A stretch of 64,000 nt of DNA from Chrysomallon squamiferum (lineage: Eukaryota; Animalia; Mollusca): positions 13,826,001 to 13,890,000 of the forward strand of contig CM022679.1 in NCBI GenBank assembly GCA_012295275.1, written 5' to 3'. Shown here piece by piece: positions 51,554 to 64,000 of the stretch (the first letter of the stretch is position 1; the number at the start of each line of letters is the position of its first letter). The notes under the pieces were generated by a model, which ran no database searches, had not been told where the DNA came from, and worked only from the letters and a program-made list of their open reading frames with translations. The position numbers and the translations under genes are program-made.

Positions 51554-52857
51554 TAATAATAATAAAAAAAATGAAAAAGCATAATTTTACTGGATGCATT
51601 GTTACTGTTTTTTCACAAATGGCTTAAATGTTTATGTACTGACTTTTATTTTGAATGTTTATTTTGAAAGTTAAATAAAACATCTTGTCAATAGTTTGAT
51701 CATGCACCATTTGCTCATTTAACATACATGTATTACATTATAAAATAAATGTTGTTCAGTTATTTTATAGTGAAATATATTTCATAGTTTGGTTGTTATA
51801 TATTTAGCTTACACCCAGTTTAAGTTTCTCTTTTATTTTATTAGTACTTCAGTCTTTTCTAATAATGAAAAATACTTTCATTCTGTCTTTTGTAACTGCA
51901 GTCATATCACTGCATATAGCGAAGACTAATTAAAAGTGTATTTACGTATCTTGTATTATTAGGAAATTATTCTAGCTTATGGTGACAAAATATGATAAAA
52001 GGTATAAAATATTTAGGGCTGTCTTAATGAGCACAGCTATTAGATTTTCCAATTTTATATTTAAACATAACTTTAAAGATTGCAAAGGAGAGGAACTGAA
52101 CTAACACTATATTATAAAGGCAATTATCCGAAATTTGGAAGAAATAAAAATTTCTGACATCTTTAACCATTGAATTGTCAGTAATTTCGATTCCTGTTAG
52201 GTCCTAGCATAAGTCAACACTAATCTATACAAAAGATTGATCGGCGACTTTCAGTAATATATATATTAAAAAAAAAAAAAAAAAAAAACAATATATATAT
52301 AATACATACTTTTGAAATTCCTTTTTTTTTCTTTCTTTTTTTTATTATAAATAAAGACTCTTTTATTATTATTATTCATCTCTATATCATTGTATGTTGA
52401 ACAAAATTAAGGAAATAAATTTAAAACATTTACAAAATGCTGCAAAAAATATATAATTTATATTTGTAAAATATTTTTTGCGAAGCTAAATGTATTATTT
52501 CTTGATGTAATGACTTCACTTAACACTGTTCTCAAATAATAGTATAATCTTCTTAAAGGTAAAATATTATACAAAGAATGTAATTACTACAGGTAAAAAA
52601 GGATGTATCTAAGCAGTTTTATTTGCAAACGATTTTTTAATACTTAAGTTCATTTTTAATATTCGCAGCCATTCTTTGTTAATAACAAAGGGTTACAACA
52701 AATTAGTCTGTTCAAAAATTGAAGTAACTTATTGCAGTTTTTAGCTTTTGCATAGTTATTATTACATTTTCATAGCGTATACAAACTGTTGTTGCTGTGG
52801 GATTTATTTATTTATTGTTTAATTTATTAAATATTCTAACTGATTGACCAAATAGAT

Positions 52858-52888
<31 letters not shown>

Positions 52889-53099
52889 CTGTCAATTATT
52901 TGTTGGAATCTTCAATCAAACCGAATAAATTCAAATTATCTGTGTTTATGTATGCTTTTATATTAATGGATACAAAAAAATTATTTATATTTTTAGTATG
53001 CATATTTGTTTAAACATTTTAAATCATTTTAAAATGTTATTTATATTTCACCTTTTTCAATAGCATTATATTTATAATGATTATTATGTTTTGTGTATA

Positions 53100-53281
53100 T
53101 CGTCCTGTCACTCAGTCGGATTCGGTTGTTGAGACCACATAAATAAGATTTAAATAGGTCAGGTCACATTGTCATCGAGGGCATTTACGACTGCGTTTCG
53201 GTATTGTGGTTTCGTATTTGCGATAGGGTAATTTACGCAGTGTCTGTGGTGCAGAAGGGAGGGATTTTTAAGCAACTAAAC
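53100..53281 (+). promoter_or_regulatory. SGPL1 promoter/5' UTR
   Basis: CpG-retaining segment directly before AAACATGG. Includes TAAATAGGTCA (RORE-like monomeric nuclear-receptor site, 53151-53161). Confidence 0.5.
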
Positions 53282-54877
53282 ATGGCCGAAGTTGTTAAGC
53301 AAGCAATGGTAAGTGCGATATATATTCGATATTAACATTTGTTTTTCAGCTTCTGGAAGATATTATTATTCATGCCAAAGCATATTCGTATATGAACAAT
53401 TATTTACAGTATCAAAATTATTGTCCCATATAGATTTAGCAAATGTCGATTGCCTTTCAAGTTATTTTATTGTTAAAAATATGAAACTCCAAAACAACAA
53501 TTTCAGTTCGTCAAACTGTTTGAACAGTCCTTTGACATTACCCTTCCCGGGCCTGATACTTACTATTAATTTTATTGAACCAGTTAGATCAGATACTGAT
53601 GTTCACTTTCAAGATAGATAAATAATTATATAATTAATATATATAATCTGATGTCATCAAAATTCCCACGACCGCAGTCAGTCGGGCTGAATGGCAACCA
53701 CAAGACAATTTGAAGAGATGCTTTTTTAAAAAATATTTCTAAATCAAAATTGTTATTAAATACTGTCAATAAATTAGTAACAGAATTATAGTCCTGTATC
53801 TTTATTTAAACTTTGATCTATAGATTAAATATGACGGTCAAAGTAACAATGACCGATCATTCAGTGTTCTTTGTTCATAATCGGATACAAATAGTGAAAT
53901 ATTTGAAACGGATCATACAAAGTTATGTAGATAACTGTTCAAAGTCCACTCTTTAATTACATTCCTCAAAATTTATAAAGTTATATAGAACATTTAGAAA
54001 ATAATAATTCTTAAATACTGATATAAATTAAATAGAGTTTTAAAATGTTTTTATAAAAATAACATGGAATACATGTATCATTTTTGATGTAAGGATATAC
54101 CACCATATTAACATAGTTGATACTTAATCCATTCATTCATTAATATAATATATAATTTTATATGTAGATGTTGCTTTAGAATACTGAATCACAGTGAATC
54201 AGGAAATTCTAATGAAACTTTCATGTAAATATAGTTTTGTAGTCACTGTAAAAACATGTTATTTCTTTCTGTAAACATATAAAAATACATTTCAGTTTTA
54301 TTACCTTCGTTTGCAAGAATTTTGACTTGATTGATAAAGTTTTGTCATAACAACATAAGATGAATGGTAGAGCATGAAAAAAATGCTGCATCAGTGTCAA
54401 GACTAAATTGATTTGCAAGGATTATAAAGCATTTATTTTTAGTATTTTATTTACTGAAAACAAAATAATAATAATAATAAAATATGGATAATGACATTAA
54501 TAATATAAAATGGGTGCTGCCATAACGCAAGTTGTTTAGATCAACACTGTAAGAATTTTCTTTACAACAACAATCAGAATAAATTTGGCTAACAAATATT
54601 AAGCAGCCCTGATGTTTCATCTATGCACCACACAATTTTCTTTTCCTGATGTCTGACACAGTTTTTGTCTACACACTGAATGAATAAGTGGCATTTACAA
54701 TTTCATTCATGTATTCTAAATTTTATAGTCATCTGTCCAGAACAGCATTCTAGCATTTCATTTGAAATGTCCTGACAGTGATATTACATACTTAAAATAC
54801 ATTAAGGTTACAGTACTGAATCGTCAAAACTAATTAATAAAAAAACAAATTTATGTTGATTAAAATTTGCCTTTCTG

Positions 54878-54922
<45 letters not shown>

Positions 54923-56369
54923 ATAAAAATATCAAAATCAAAATTAGTTGGCAAAAATTCTGAGAGAATTTTAATAAAATAAAAATAGAAACTACATACG
55001 GAATTTCTATCAAATATCCAGTTTTCCAGAATTTTTTTTCCTTTTTAAAAGTGTTATTGTAAATATTGAGAAATATATTCCACCATTAATTTTATGTAAT
55101 GTAAGATTTATTATAAGCTTGGAAATATTCTGTTGTAGTGTGATTGTTGTTATTTCTGCGTATATGTTAGGGTGAAATATTCTGTATTACAACAAAAATG
55201 AAATAAAAATGTTTGATTAACATTTCCTTTTGAAATAAAACTTCAGATTAGCAAACACGTGAAACATTTAGTTTCATCTCGGTTGTCAAACATTAATATC
55301 TGTCTGCATTGTTCTTGGACTGAAATACGTGAGAAGTAGTTACTTTATTTTATGCCTTCTTTTGCATGTTATTGCAGTTTAATTAAATGTTACTACCCCC
55401 TCAAGAAAAATCACAGTCATTAATTATTACTGTTATTACATAATAATTGTCATACATCTTTAAATATAATTTGACTAAATTCTATAAAAGATACAAACAT
55501 ATTAATTTTTTTATTTTATTTTATTTTATTTTTTTAAGCTATATTTTTATTTTTGGGAGGTAAAAAAAAAACATCTCAGAAAAATCAAAAGCCTAAGTTT
55601 CTATTTTTCAAAACTACTTTTCACACAGAACTTAATGTCATGTTGTTTGGGGTTTTTTGTATGTGTGCATTTGTATTACTAGATGAATGAGAAATATGTG
55701 TGATGTTTAAAAAATATATAATCTGCAATATGGGTGTAGTATCAGAAGAAATATCTTTGTAGGTTAGACCACTATACATTTTAACAGGCCTCACGTTTTC
55801 TGTACTGGCACATGTAACTGAAAATGATCTTTGAACTGTTGATCAGTCTTTACATAATACAGCAACATAAATTTCACTTGAGAAACAATAACATGACTAA
55901 TTCAGCAGTATCAAAGTAATATATTGGTCAAGTGTGTTCTGACTGGGTCATTCAAATGACAGTTCTCCATAATATATTTTATTTTTAATTTGTTTTTATG
56001 TAACATACATTTTTATAATAATTATTAAGTGTCCTGAAGTTATTTTATTTTATTTTATTTTATTTTATTTTTATTTTTATTTTTATTTTTATTTTTATTT
56101 TTATTTTTTTTTTTTTTATTTTTATTTTAATTTTTATTTTTTTTAAATTTTTATTTTTTTATGTTATTTTTTTTTTTTTTTTTTTTTTTTATGTTATTTT
56201 ATTCAGATAGAAATATAAAAATCAAATATGTTTGTCAGAATCTAAATATGCAGAAATATTTAACTGTCTAGCATATTTTATATTTTAAAGCATGGGTTGG
56301 CAACATTTTGGGCAGAGGGGTCCAGGCAGCTATGCACTGTTTTGGAGGAGGGCCAAGATATTAAATGTA

Positions 56370-56427
<58 letters not shown>

Positions 56428-59400
56428 GCCGATATTTCTCATTCTCAGTTCTGTCTTCAGTAATGAAGACCAAAAAGAATGCTATAAAGCAAAGCTGCTC
56501 TGGTCTGGATGTTTAAAGAAAAAATAATGAAGCTGATGTAATAATTGGTGTCCAAGTATTCAGTTGGAGGCTGGACTAAAATCTTTTGCAGGTCGAATCA
56601 GCTGTCAGATATCTGTTAAAAGCCTATATCACCTGTTTTCATGGCCATGTAATAATTGTACACACAAAAGCAAGAAGTGGCCCTTTAGGCAGCAGTGCAT
56701 AACATTTTGTTTTGTTTTTAATTCTGTGGTCCATAATAATATATGACACTATATAAATGTGATTTAAAAATTTATAGGATGCTTTATTTTAAAACAAAAA
56801 ACAAAATAATAATAATAAATAAAAAAATATAATTATTCCATCAATTGTATTAAAATAAGTTATTTGAAGCCTGGAAATTATTATACGTTGTCATATATTT
56901 TTTATTGATCTTTTATTTTATTTTATTTTATTTTTTTGCAGAAACCAGTGCTTCCAGTGTTAGAATTGATAAAAGAAGTGTTGAATTCGTTGGCCAAAAA
57001 TAAAGAACCATGGCAGCTAATGATCTACACATGTGGAGCAACACTGGCTACTGTGGCAACGTACCAGTTTATCTTTCAAGATGAACGTAAGGGACATTAT
57101 TGAAAACATCAAATTACGATGGCTTGTTTAACATACTGTGATGTTACAAATTTGGAGTCAGACTAAAATTCATTGTTTAAAACAAAGGCTTGAACTATAA
57201 CAAGTCATAAGATCAAATCTTGTTTGAACATCCATCCATTATAATTTCCCATTCCAGATTGTTCCACCTATCAGGCATGGTATACATTTTCTTGTTTTGA
57301 GAAAATGCTTGTAATAGATTCCTTCTGTGTTACATTATTCATAGTGCAGAGTTACAGATTTTTCTCTCATAACGTCAGTGTGAAGAAGAAAGAAAAAACA
57401 GCTGTAACATAATTATTTGGCACGTCACATTAAAAATCTTCAATTGTTCAAACTGGAATTTTTTAAGGTTTTAAGGTTTATATTTCAACAGACCTTGTTA
57501 TGTGTCAAACTAATTTATTATTTATTTATTTATATTTTTGTCTTATGTTTTTCATTTTAAATTTAATTGCAAAACTTAAAACATGTTTTGAGGTCTATCA
57601 GCATCTAAATCTATTTTCAAAAACTTCTTATAAAAATATTCTGTTCACTCGAGATCTGAAATAAAAATAAAAATAGATTTTTAATTTTTAAAATAAATAA
57701 TTTTTAAGTAATTATTTAATTCAATGATTTTTTTACCAAAAAAATAAAAACCATTTAATTGATACTGTTATTTGTTTAAATATTATTAATTACATGTTTA
57801 GTTTTATATACTTTTTTTAACTTTTTTTTTTTTCTTCACATAGCTGTCAAAGAACGTGCCAAAAGACAGTTTTTCAGGTTAATTCGGTATCTACCTGAAG
57901 TGAGAAAAATGATAGAAAAACAAAAGTCATCAACACTTAAAGATATTGAAAATCAGAAAAATGATCAGCTGCGAGGCAGTCCATATGTACAGAATCTTCC
58001 AAAACAAGGCTTAAGCAAGGTTAATATTTAGTTCCATTTTATTTTATTTTACATTAAACTTTTTATTATTTTATTTCAATTTTATCTAATATATATATTT
58101 TTTTTTTCTTCTTCTTCTTCTTAATAATCCATATCTACTACATTTAATATTTAATTCAATACTTTCTGCATTCTATTTATAATAATACTTTATTCCTTAC
58201 AGTGTGTTTGAATATTTCATTTCTGTGTTTCTGTTACTGTTTTGTATTTAACTACAATAACCTATTGTAGATTTTTTTCTAATTTTATTTCAATATCTAT
58301 TACATTTCATTTTGCATTTACTGTAGTTTTATATTTAATTTCTCTATTTTGTTATGTAGTTTTATTGTTCATTTCAATACAGTTGACTACAATTTTATAT
58401 TAATTTCAATATTAATATATTATTGACTTCAGTCTTACATTTCTTTTCATTATTACCTACAGCATCTAACATTTCATTTTAATATTATCTGCTATAATTT
58501 TTCTTGTGTTATATTTCTTAACAGTTTTCAATTTTAATGCTTTTAGATGCACCTCATATGTAAATAGTAAAACATTTCTGCTTATTTATTATATAAAACT
58601 GGTCACCTTGGTGAGTGTAAGCTATGGAAAATGTTTTGTTATTAAAAAAATTGTTGCATTCTGATAGCATAACTGAGTACACACCTGGCTTATAAATTCA
58701 GAACATTTTTTCTTAGTCTGTACATAAAGTACACATTATTTATTGTGAACTGCATTGACTTAGTTCTAAAAGAATATTTAATGACAATTTTCCAGGCTGA
58801 ACTTATGGAAGAATTACAGAAGTATAAGTCACTGGGTAAGTCTGCCTTCTTGAAACATAAAAATACTTTTAACTGTTGGAGTAATAAGCTTTAAACAGAA
58901 TATATCAAAAATATTTAACTTATTACCATTCTAAATTATCAGTCTGATATTACCCCTAGAACATGGGTAAACAGTTGTCTGTATAAAATATGATTATTAA
59001 ATAGTAAGAAAACAAGGGTTAAAGTTCTCTTTGTGGTGTGGGACTGTGTTGATGTATTAAAACTAAGATTTTTCAAACAAAACAGTAAATGTATAAATTT
59101 TTCCTGAACAAATTAGAAATTATATAAAAGATTGTTCTGGTATGTTTGAATAATGAATGAAGAGATGTGTACAAAAAACATTCTGTGTTAAAAAAAGAAA
59201 TCAAAACAATCTTAGTTCTCTTTTTTACAAACCTGATGGTTTATACAGTCATTAACAAGGATTCTCTTTTGCATATTATCTCAATTGTTTGGTTCTTTCT
59301 GTAGTAACAACTTGAAATGTTTTGAATGTCTTGTATTTTCAGACAGGGGAAACTGGCAGGATGGCTGGGTGTCTGGAATGGTGTATAATGGAGAGACAGA

Positions 59401-62400
59401 TCTCACAGATGTCATGTCCACGGTTTGTATAGGACACGTCTGTCCACAAATTTCAGTTCTAAAAGTGTTGGCCCGAGTGTTTGTCCTACAGTGTAATGAC
59501 CACAGTGCCAACAAAGAATGTGATTGTGTGAGGTACTGTATTCCAGAGAGCATTACACAAGCAAAGAATAACTGAAGTTGATGAAGTTTTATAGATCACT
59601 TAAAAATTTGATTTTGTCAGTAGGCTGAAAATACTTATATATCATGGTTGTGTTCTGAGCATTTAAAAGGAAAAACAAATGGTAGATGATTAATGAAATT
59701 TTGTGTTTTTTAGAATTGTCTCCAACAAAATAATTTAAATTTTAATTATAAAAAAATTATTATTATTATTATTATTATTATTTTCTTTATTTTTGTTTTG
59801 TCTATTAATTTTGTCATATATTTTTTAATATCACTATTATTATTATTTCTTTTTCTCAGACATATGGGATGTTTGCTTGGAGTAATCCTCTTCATCCTGA
59901 AGTGTTCCCCAATGTGGTTAAAATGGAGGCCGAAGTAGTTCGTATGACCTGCAATATGTTCAATGGTGGACCGCAGTCTGTTGGTACTGTAAGTCAGTTT
60001 TGTTTGCTCTAGGTTTGTCTTCACAGTGAAATGTTTATTAATATAACAAACCTTTTGTAACCATCTGATACTAGTTTTTTTAAATAAATAATGATAAATA
60101 AAATAAATGATGATAAAACTAGATAATAGATAAAAAAATATGTTCGGAGTGCAAGTCAATTTTATTTATTGCATTTTTATCTGTGCTGTATGTTCACAAT
60201 GAAAAAAAAAAATATATTTTTTTTTTTCATTTAATACTGATTTTTTAAAATAAATCATATTAATTCAGTTTGTGAAATATTTGTAAACATGAGTAAATAC
60301 AATAAACATAATATAATAAAAAAAAAATTTGTTCTAGATTTGACTATAATTACATAATAAATATTTATATACTGAAAATATACATATTTTATGGGAAAAA
60401 AATGGTTATCATTTTTTGGGGTATGTTTGTGTGGAAGTGTTTGTTTAATATTTTATTAATTAATTAATTAATTAATTAATTTATTTATTTTGTTTCTGTT
60501 CAGATGAGTACTGGAGGAACAGAGAGCATTCTGCTGGTCTGTATGGCATACAGAAATATGGCAAGAGAGGAACGTGGGATCAAATTTCCAGAAATGTAAT
60601 TTAAAAAAAAATTATTATCACTTTCAGTTGTTACATTATACATGAAATAGTTAGTGATACAATATTGATTTATTTTTGATGGGGATATTTTTTATTTATT
60701 TGTAAAATAAAATTGGAATCAGATTTTTTAAACTTTGTTTGTTTATGTATGTTTTTCAGATTTATTTTGTGTTAAGATTTTTCTCAAGACTTGTGTTGAT
60801 ATTAACTAAGGTCGTTTTTTTTTTATATAAAATGTTTTCTTTAATTTTTAATTTTATTTTTTTTAATTATATATAAATTACTTAATCTTCTAGTAAAATT
60901 TTCTGTATCTTAATTTATTGAAACAAAATAGTATTCAATTATATAATTTTTAGAATTTCACCTTTCATGCATCCCAGATTAGTTTATTATAATTGTTATT
61001 TTTATTTAATTTATTAGTTTCATTTATTTATTTATATCATTATTGATGTTATAAATCATTTCTTTTTCAGGATTATTCCAGTTACTGCCCATGCAGCATT
61101 TGACAAGGTAATTAACTTATTTCAATAAAAAGTTAAAATAATGTTCATCTGAAAACATTTGAATAATTACATTATAATGAAAAAAACAGTCTGCTTACTA
61201 AAATAAATTGATGTTGATGTTTGCAGTAATGCTCAAATATAATAATTATATTATAATTTAAAAACAGTTTATATGTTGTTTCTTTTGTTTGTTTTTTTGT
61301 TTTTAAATGAATTTCTGTTGTCATTTACAATAATGTTCAAACATTTAATTATAGTGTGGAAATGTTTATATTACTAAGGAGTCATAACATGTAACTGTTA
61401 GTCACAGAGTTGTGTTACTATTTTATTCATAATAGAAAATTATTTCAGTATTAAACTGTTCATTACTGGCTTATATCTTGTATGGTTGATGACTAATTGA
61501 TTATTTAGTTATTGATGTTAATACTGAACACAGTGTGAACATATTTGAACTGAATCATACTGTGTGTAGGTTTGATGTATATAAATTTTAATATAAGTTT
61601 GATGCTGTATGTAAAATTTGTTTTTTTTAGTTCTATCAGCAAATTATGATACACCTGGGGTACTGAAAGTAGCTTGTTCTCTACATGATAAAATCACTGA
61701 AATAATCTTTTTTTCAAGCAGATCATGATACACTGAGCATTAATATATAGAAATAATGTTTATTTTAAAATTTGTTTCTTGTGGGTCTTTTAAAAATCTG
61801 TTCTCATTTTTTTTTATATCAAGATATTAGTTGCTTGACAATGCCACTGTGGTATGAAGCATTTCTAAACCCTCTGTAATATATTTTTATCAGTCACTGA
61901 ATTCAAACATGAAATGATTTTTCTTTTTTCTATTCTGCAGGCAGCAAACATCCTGAGAATGAAAGTAACTCACATTCCTGTTGATCCAGTTACTTGTAAA
62001 GTTGACATGAAAGCAATGCGTCGAGCTATCAGCAAGAAGACATGTATGGTAAGTTCATTCACCATACCATTCTTAAAACTTTCCAGTGATGTCATTTTAT
62101 TTTTTCATACATTTTACAGTTATACAGATGTTAAATTTAGTGTCAGTTAGTTGTACTTAATATATTTTTAGATTAGTGTTTTAAGGTTTGTTGTCATGAA
62201 AAAAATTATTTTGTTTGTTTGGGTTTTTTTTTGCCTTCTTTCAAATTATTAATATTGTAATTTTATTCATTTGGTGCTTTTTTCTTTGAGCATTTCTTTC
62301 ATTCTTTTCTCTTTCAGTGGATAATATTACATAACATGACATTTTTTATTTCAAATAAATAACATTAACAATAATATAAACAATATCCAAACATCAGATC

Positions 62401-64000
62401 TGCTGAATCTAACTTTTTATTTTTTTATTTTTTTTTTATTCTTTATTTTCTAGCTTGTTGGTTCAGCACCAGGATTTCCTCATGGTGTTATGGATCCAAT
62501 TCAGGAAATAGCAGAAGTGAGTTAATTTTAAATCCTTCTGGAGACAAACATATTTAAAGCAAAATTCATTTTTCTTTTACTTATAATGTTATTTGGGAAA
62601 TGATCATAAAGTTATATTAAGTGTGTATTTTCTTCCATCTTGTTTAAGAATAGATGGCTATGTTTATATTTGAGGCTGTTGTTGAAAAATACTCAGGATC
62701 ACATCTTTCCACTATCATTCTGATCCCAATATCCAGACACATTCATTCACCAAAACCTGATAAAAGAAAATCCAGTTAATAGCAGGGCATATATTTTTCA
62801 CAGTAATATTTCTTTTATTTAATTGATAAATTATCCATTGAGTTAATTTAAAACCAAAAACATCATGCAAATATCTGTTAAATTTCAAATGTAATGTACT
62901 AACAACAGATTTTCAGAGTTTTTTTCAAATTTGGATATAAAAATCTAATTAGAATCTAGAAAATAATGTAAACTATTACAAAAGAAGATAACATTAAATT
63001 TATTTTACTTTTAGTTGGGCAAAAAGCACAACATTCCAGTTCATGTGGATGCATGCCTTGGTGGGTTCTTGATAGCATTCATGGGCAAAGCTGGGTATCC
63101 TCTGGATCCTTTTGACTTCAGAGTTCCAGGGGTGACCAGTATATCTGCTGACACACACAAGGTAAGCATTAAGAAATTCAGTTGTGTTATGTTGTGTTAA
63201 ATATCTCACAAAGAAATTCTTTGAATTATTTAAATTTAAGTTATAAATATTAAAAAAAGAATACCATAATATTTTAAATATCTTATGACATCCTTTCATC
63301 TTCACAAATGTACAAAATGTTATTATATTTTTCTTAATTTCAGCATGTGGAAGGGATAGAAAAATTCATTTATTACTAATTTTTATTACTATTATTATTA
63401 TTATTATTATTATTATTATCATCATCATTATAGAAATTATGATTGTAAGTCTATTAATATCTGTGCAGCAGTAACTTATCACTGATTTCTTTTTTTAATC
63501 CAACAGTATGGTTTTGCACCCAAAGGTTCATCTGTGATAATGTATTGTGATGCCAAATACAGACATTATCAGTACTTCCAGCAAGTGAACTGGCCAGGTG
63601 GAATCTATGCAACTCCTACCTTAGGAGGTAATTAACTAATTTTGTCTTCATAGGTATCTCAAAATTAGTCAAGATATATTTTCAATCACTTTTCACATTA
63701 ATGCTATTTAATATCATTTAAAGGTTTTTGATTTTTGATTTTTGATTATATTTTTTTATTTTTTTTTACATGCTGCATTTGAAACTTATCTTTTGTTTTA
63801 TTGTTCTCCATAAAATCTTAATTGTGTATTTTATTTTTTAATTTTTTAATTTATTTTTTATTACAATTTTTTTTATTAACAGGTAGTCGAGCTGGTGCCA
63901 TCATAGCTGCTTGCTGGTCAGCAATGATGTTCATGGGAGAGAGTGGATATGTCAATGCCACTCGCAAAATTATCAAAACAACAAGATTCATTGTAGAAGA
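53282..64000 (+). CDS. SGPL1: Sphingosine-1-phosphate lyase, cut off at its 3' end by the window edge
   Basis: Exons: 53282-53308, 56942-57086, 57844-58019, 58796-58835, 59343-59422, 59860-59988, 60504-60595, 61071-61107, 61941-62048, 62454-62516, 63015-63161, 63507-63627, 63883->64000. All are phase-consistent. Motifs: EPWQL plus TM segment, [52 protein letters not shown] (PLP lysine), [17 protein letters not shown]. Confidence 0.97.
56291..56635. mobile_element. Possible decayed hAT/Charlie-like MITE containing a (CA)n tract
   Basis: GC-richer island in SGPL1 intron 1. It starts CATGGGTTGGCAACATTTT, contains GAGGGCCA-type subterminal motifs and ends ...TCACCTG. Resemblance to Charlie-type ends is from recall only. 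(CA)n at 56371-56423. Confidence 0.4.
58190..58530. repeat. Highly degenerate short tandem repeat in an SGPL1 intron
   Basis: Recurring CTACAG/CTGTAG-TTTTATATT-TCATTTCAATA-like units. Confidence 0.4.

Noticed and set aside
59746-60159. 137-aa minus-strand ORF
   Set aside because: Antisense to SGPL1 exon 6 plus (ATT)n-derived poly-Ile.

Overview
Very AT-rich, intron-rich animal DNA, probably from an invertebrate (a mollusc-like lophotrochozoan is a guess from composition and protein features). There are no prokaryotic features, CRISPR arrays or recognisable RNA genes. From left to right: (1) a near-identical ~1.82-kb tandem array (<1-9710, about 5.3 units visible) that is an amplified copy of the promoter-like region at 11420-12800; (2) the 5' end of an unidentified minus-strand gene (two exons, apparent 1-nt frameshift), plus a dead copy of its first exon; (3) a complete collagen prolyl 4-hydroxylase alpha gene (+, 14355-22994) with two mutually exclusive homologous exons for the peptide-substrate-binding domain; (4) a complete PSD/EFA6 Arf6-GEF gene (-, 49572-43407) with SxIP motifs, an MTED motif and a predicted distal alternative last exon 14 kb away ending in a class I PDZ-binding motif; (5) the first 13 exons of sphingosine-1-phosphate lyase (+, 53282->64000). 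Gene models were built by hand from GT-AG sites and phase arithmetic. No database searches were run.
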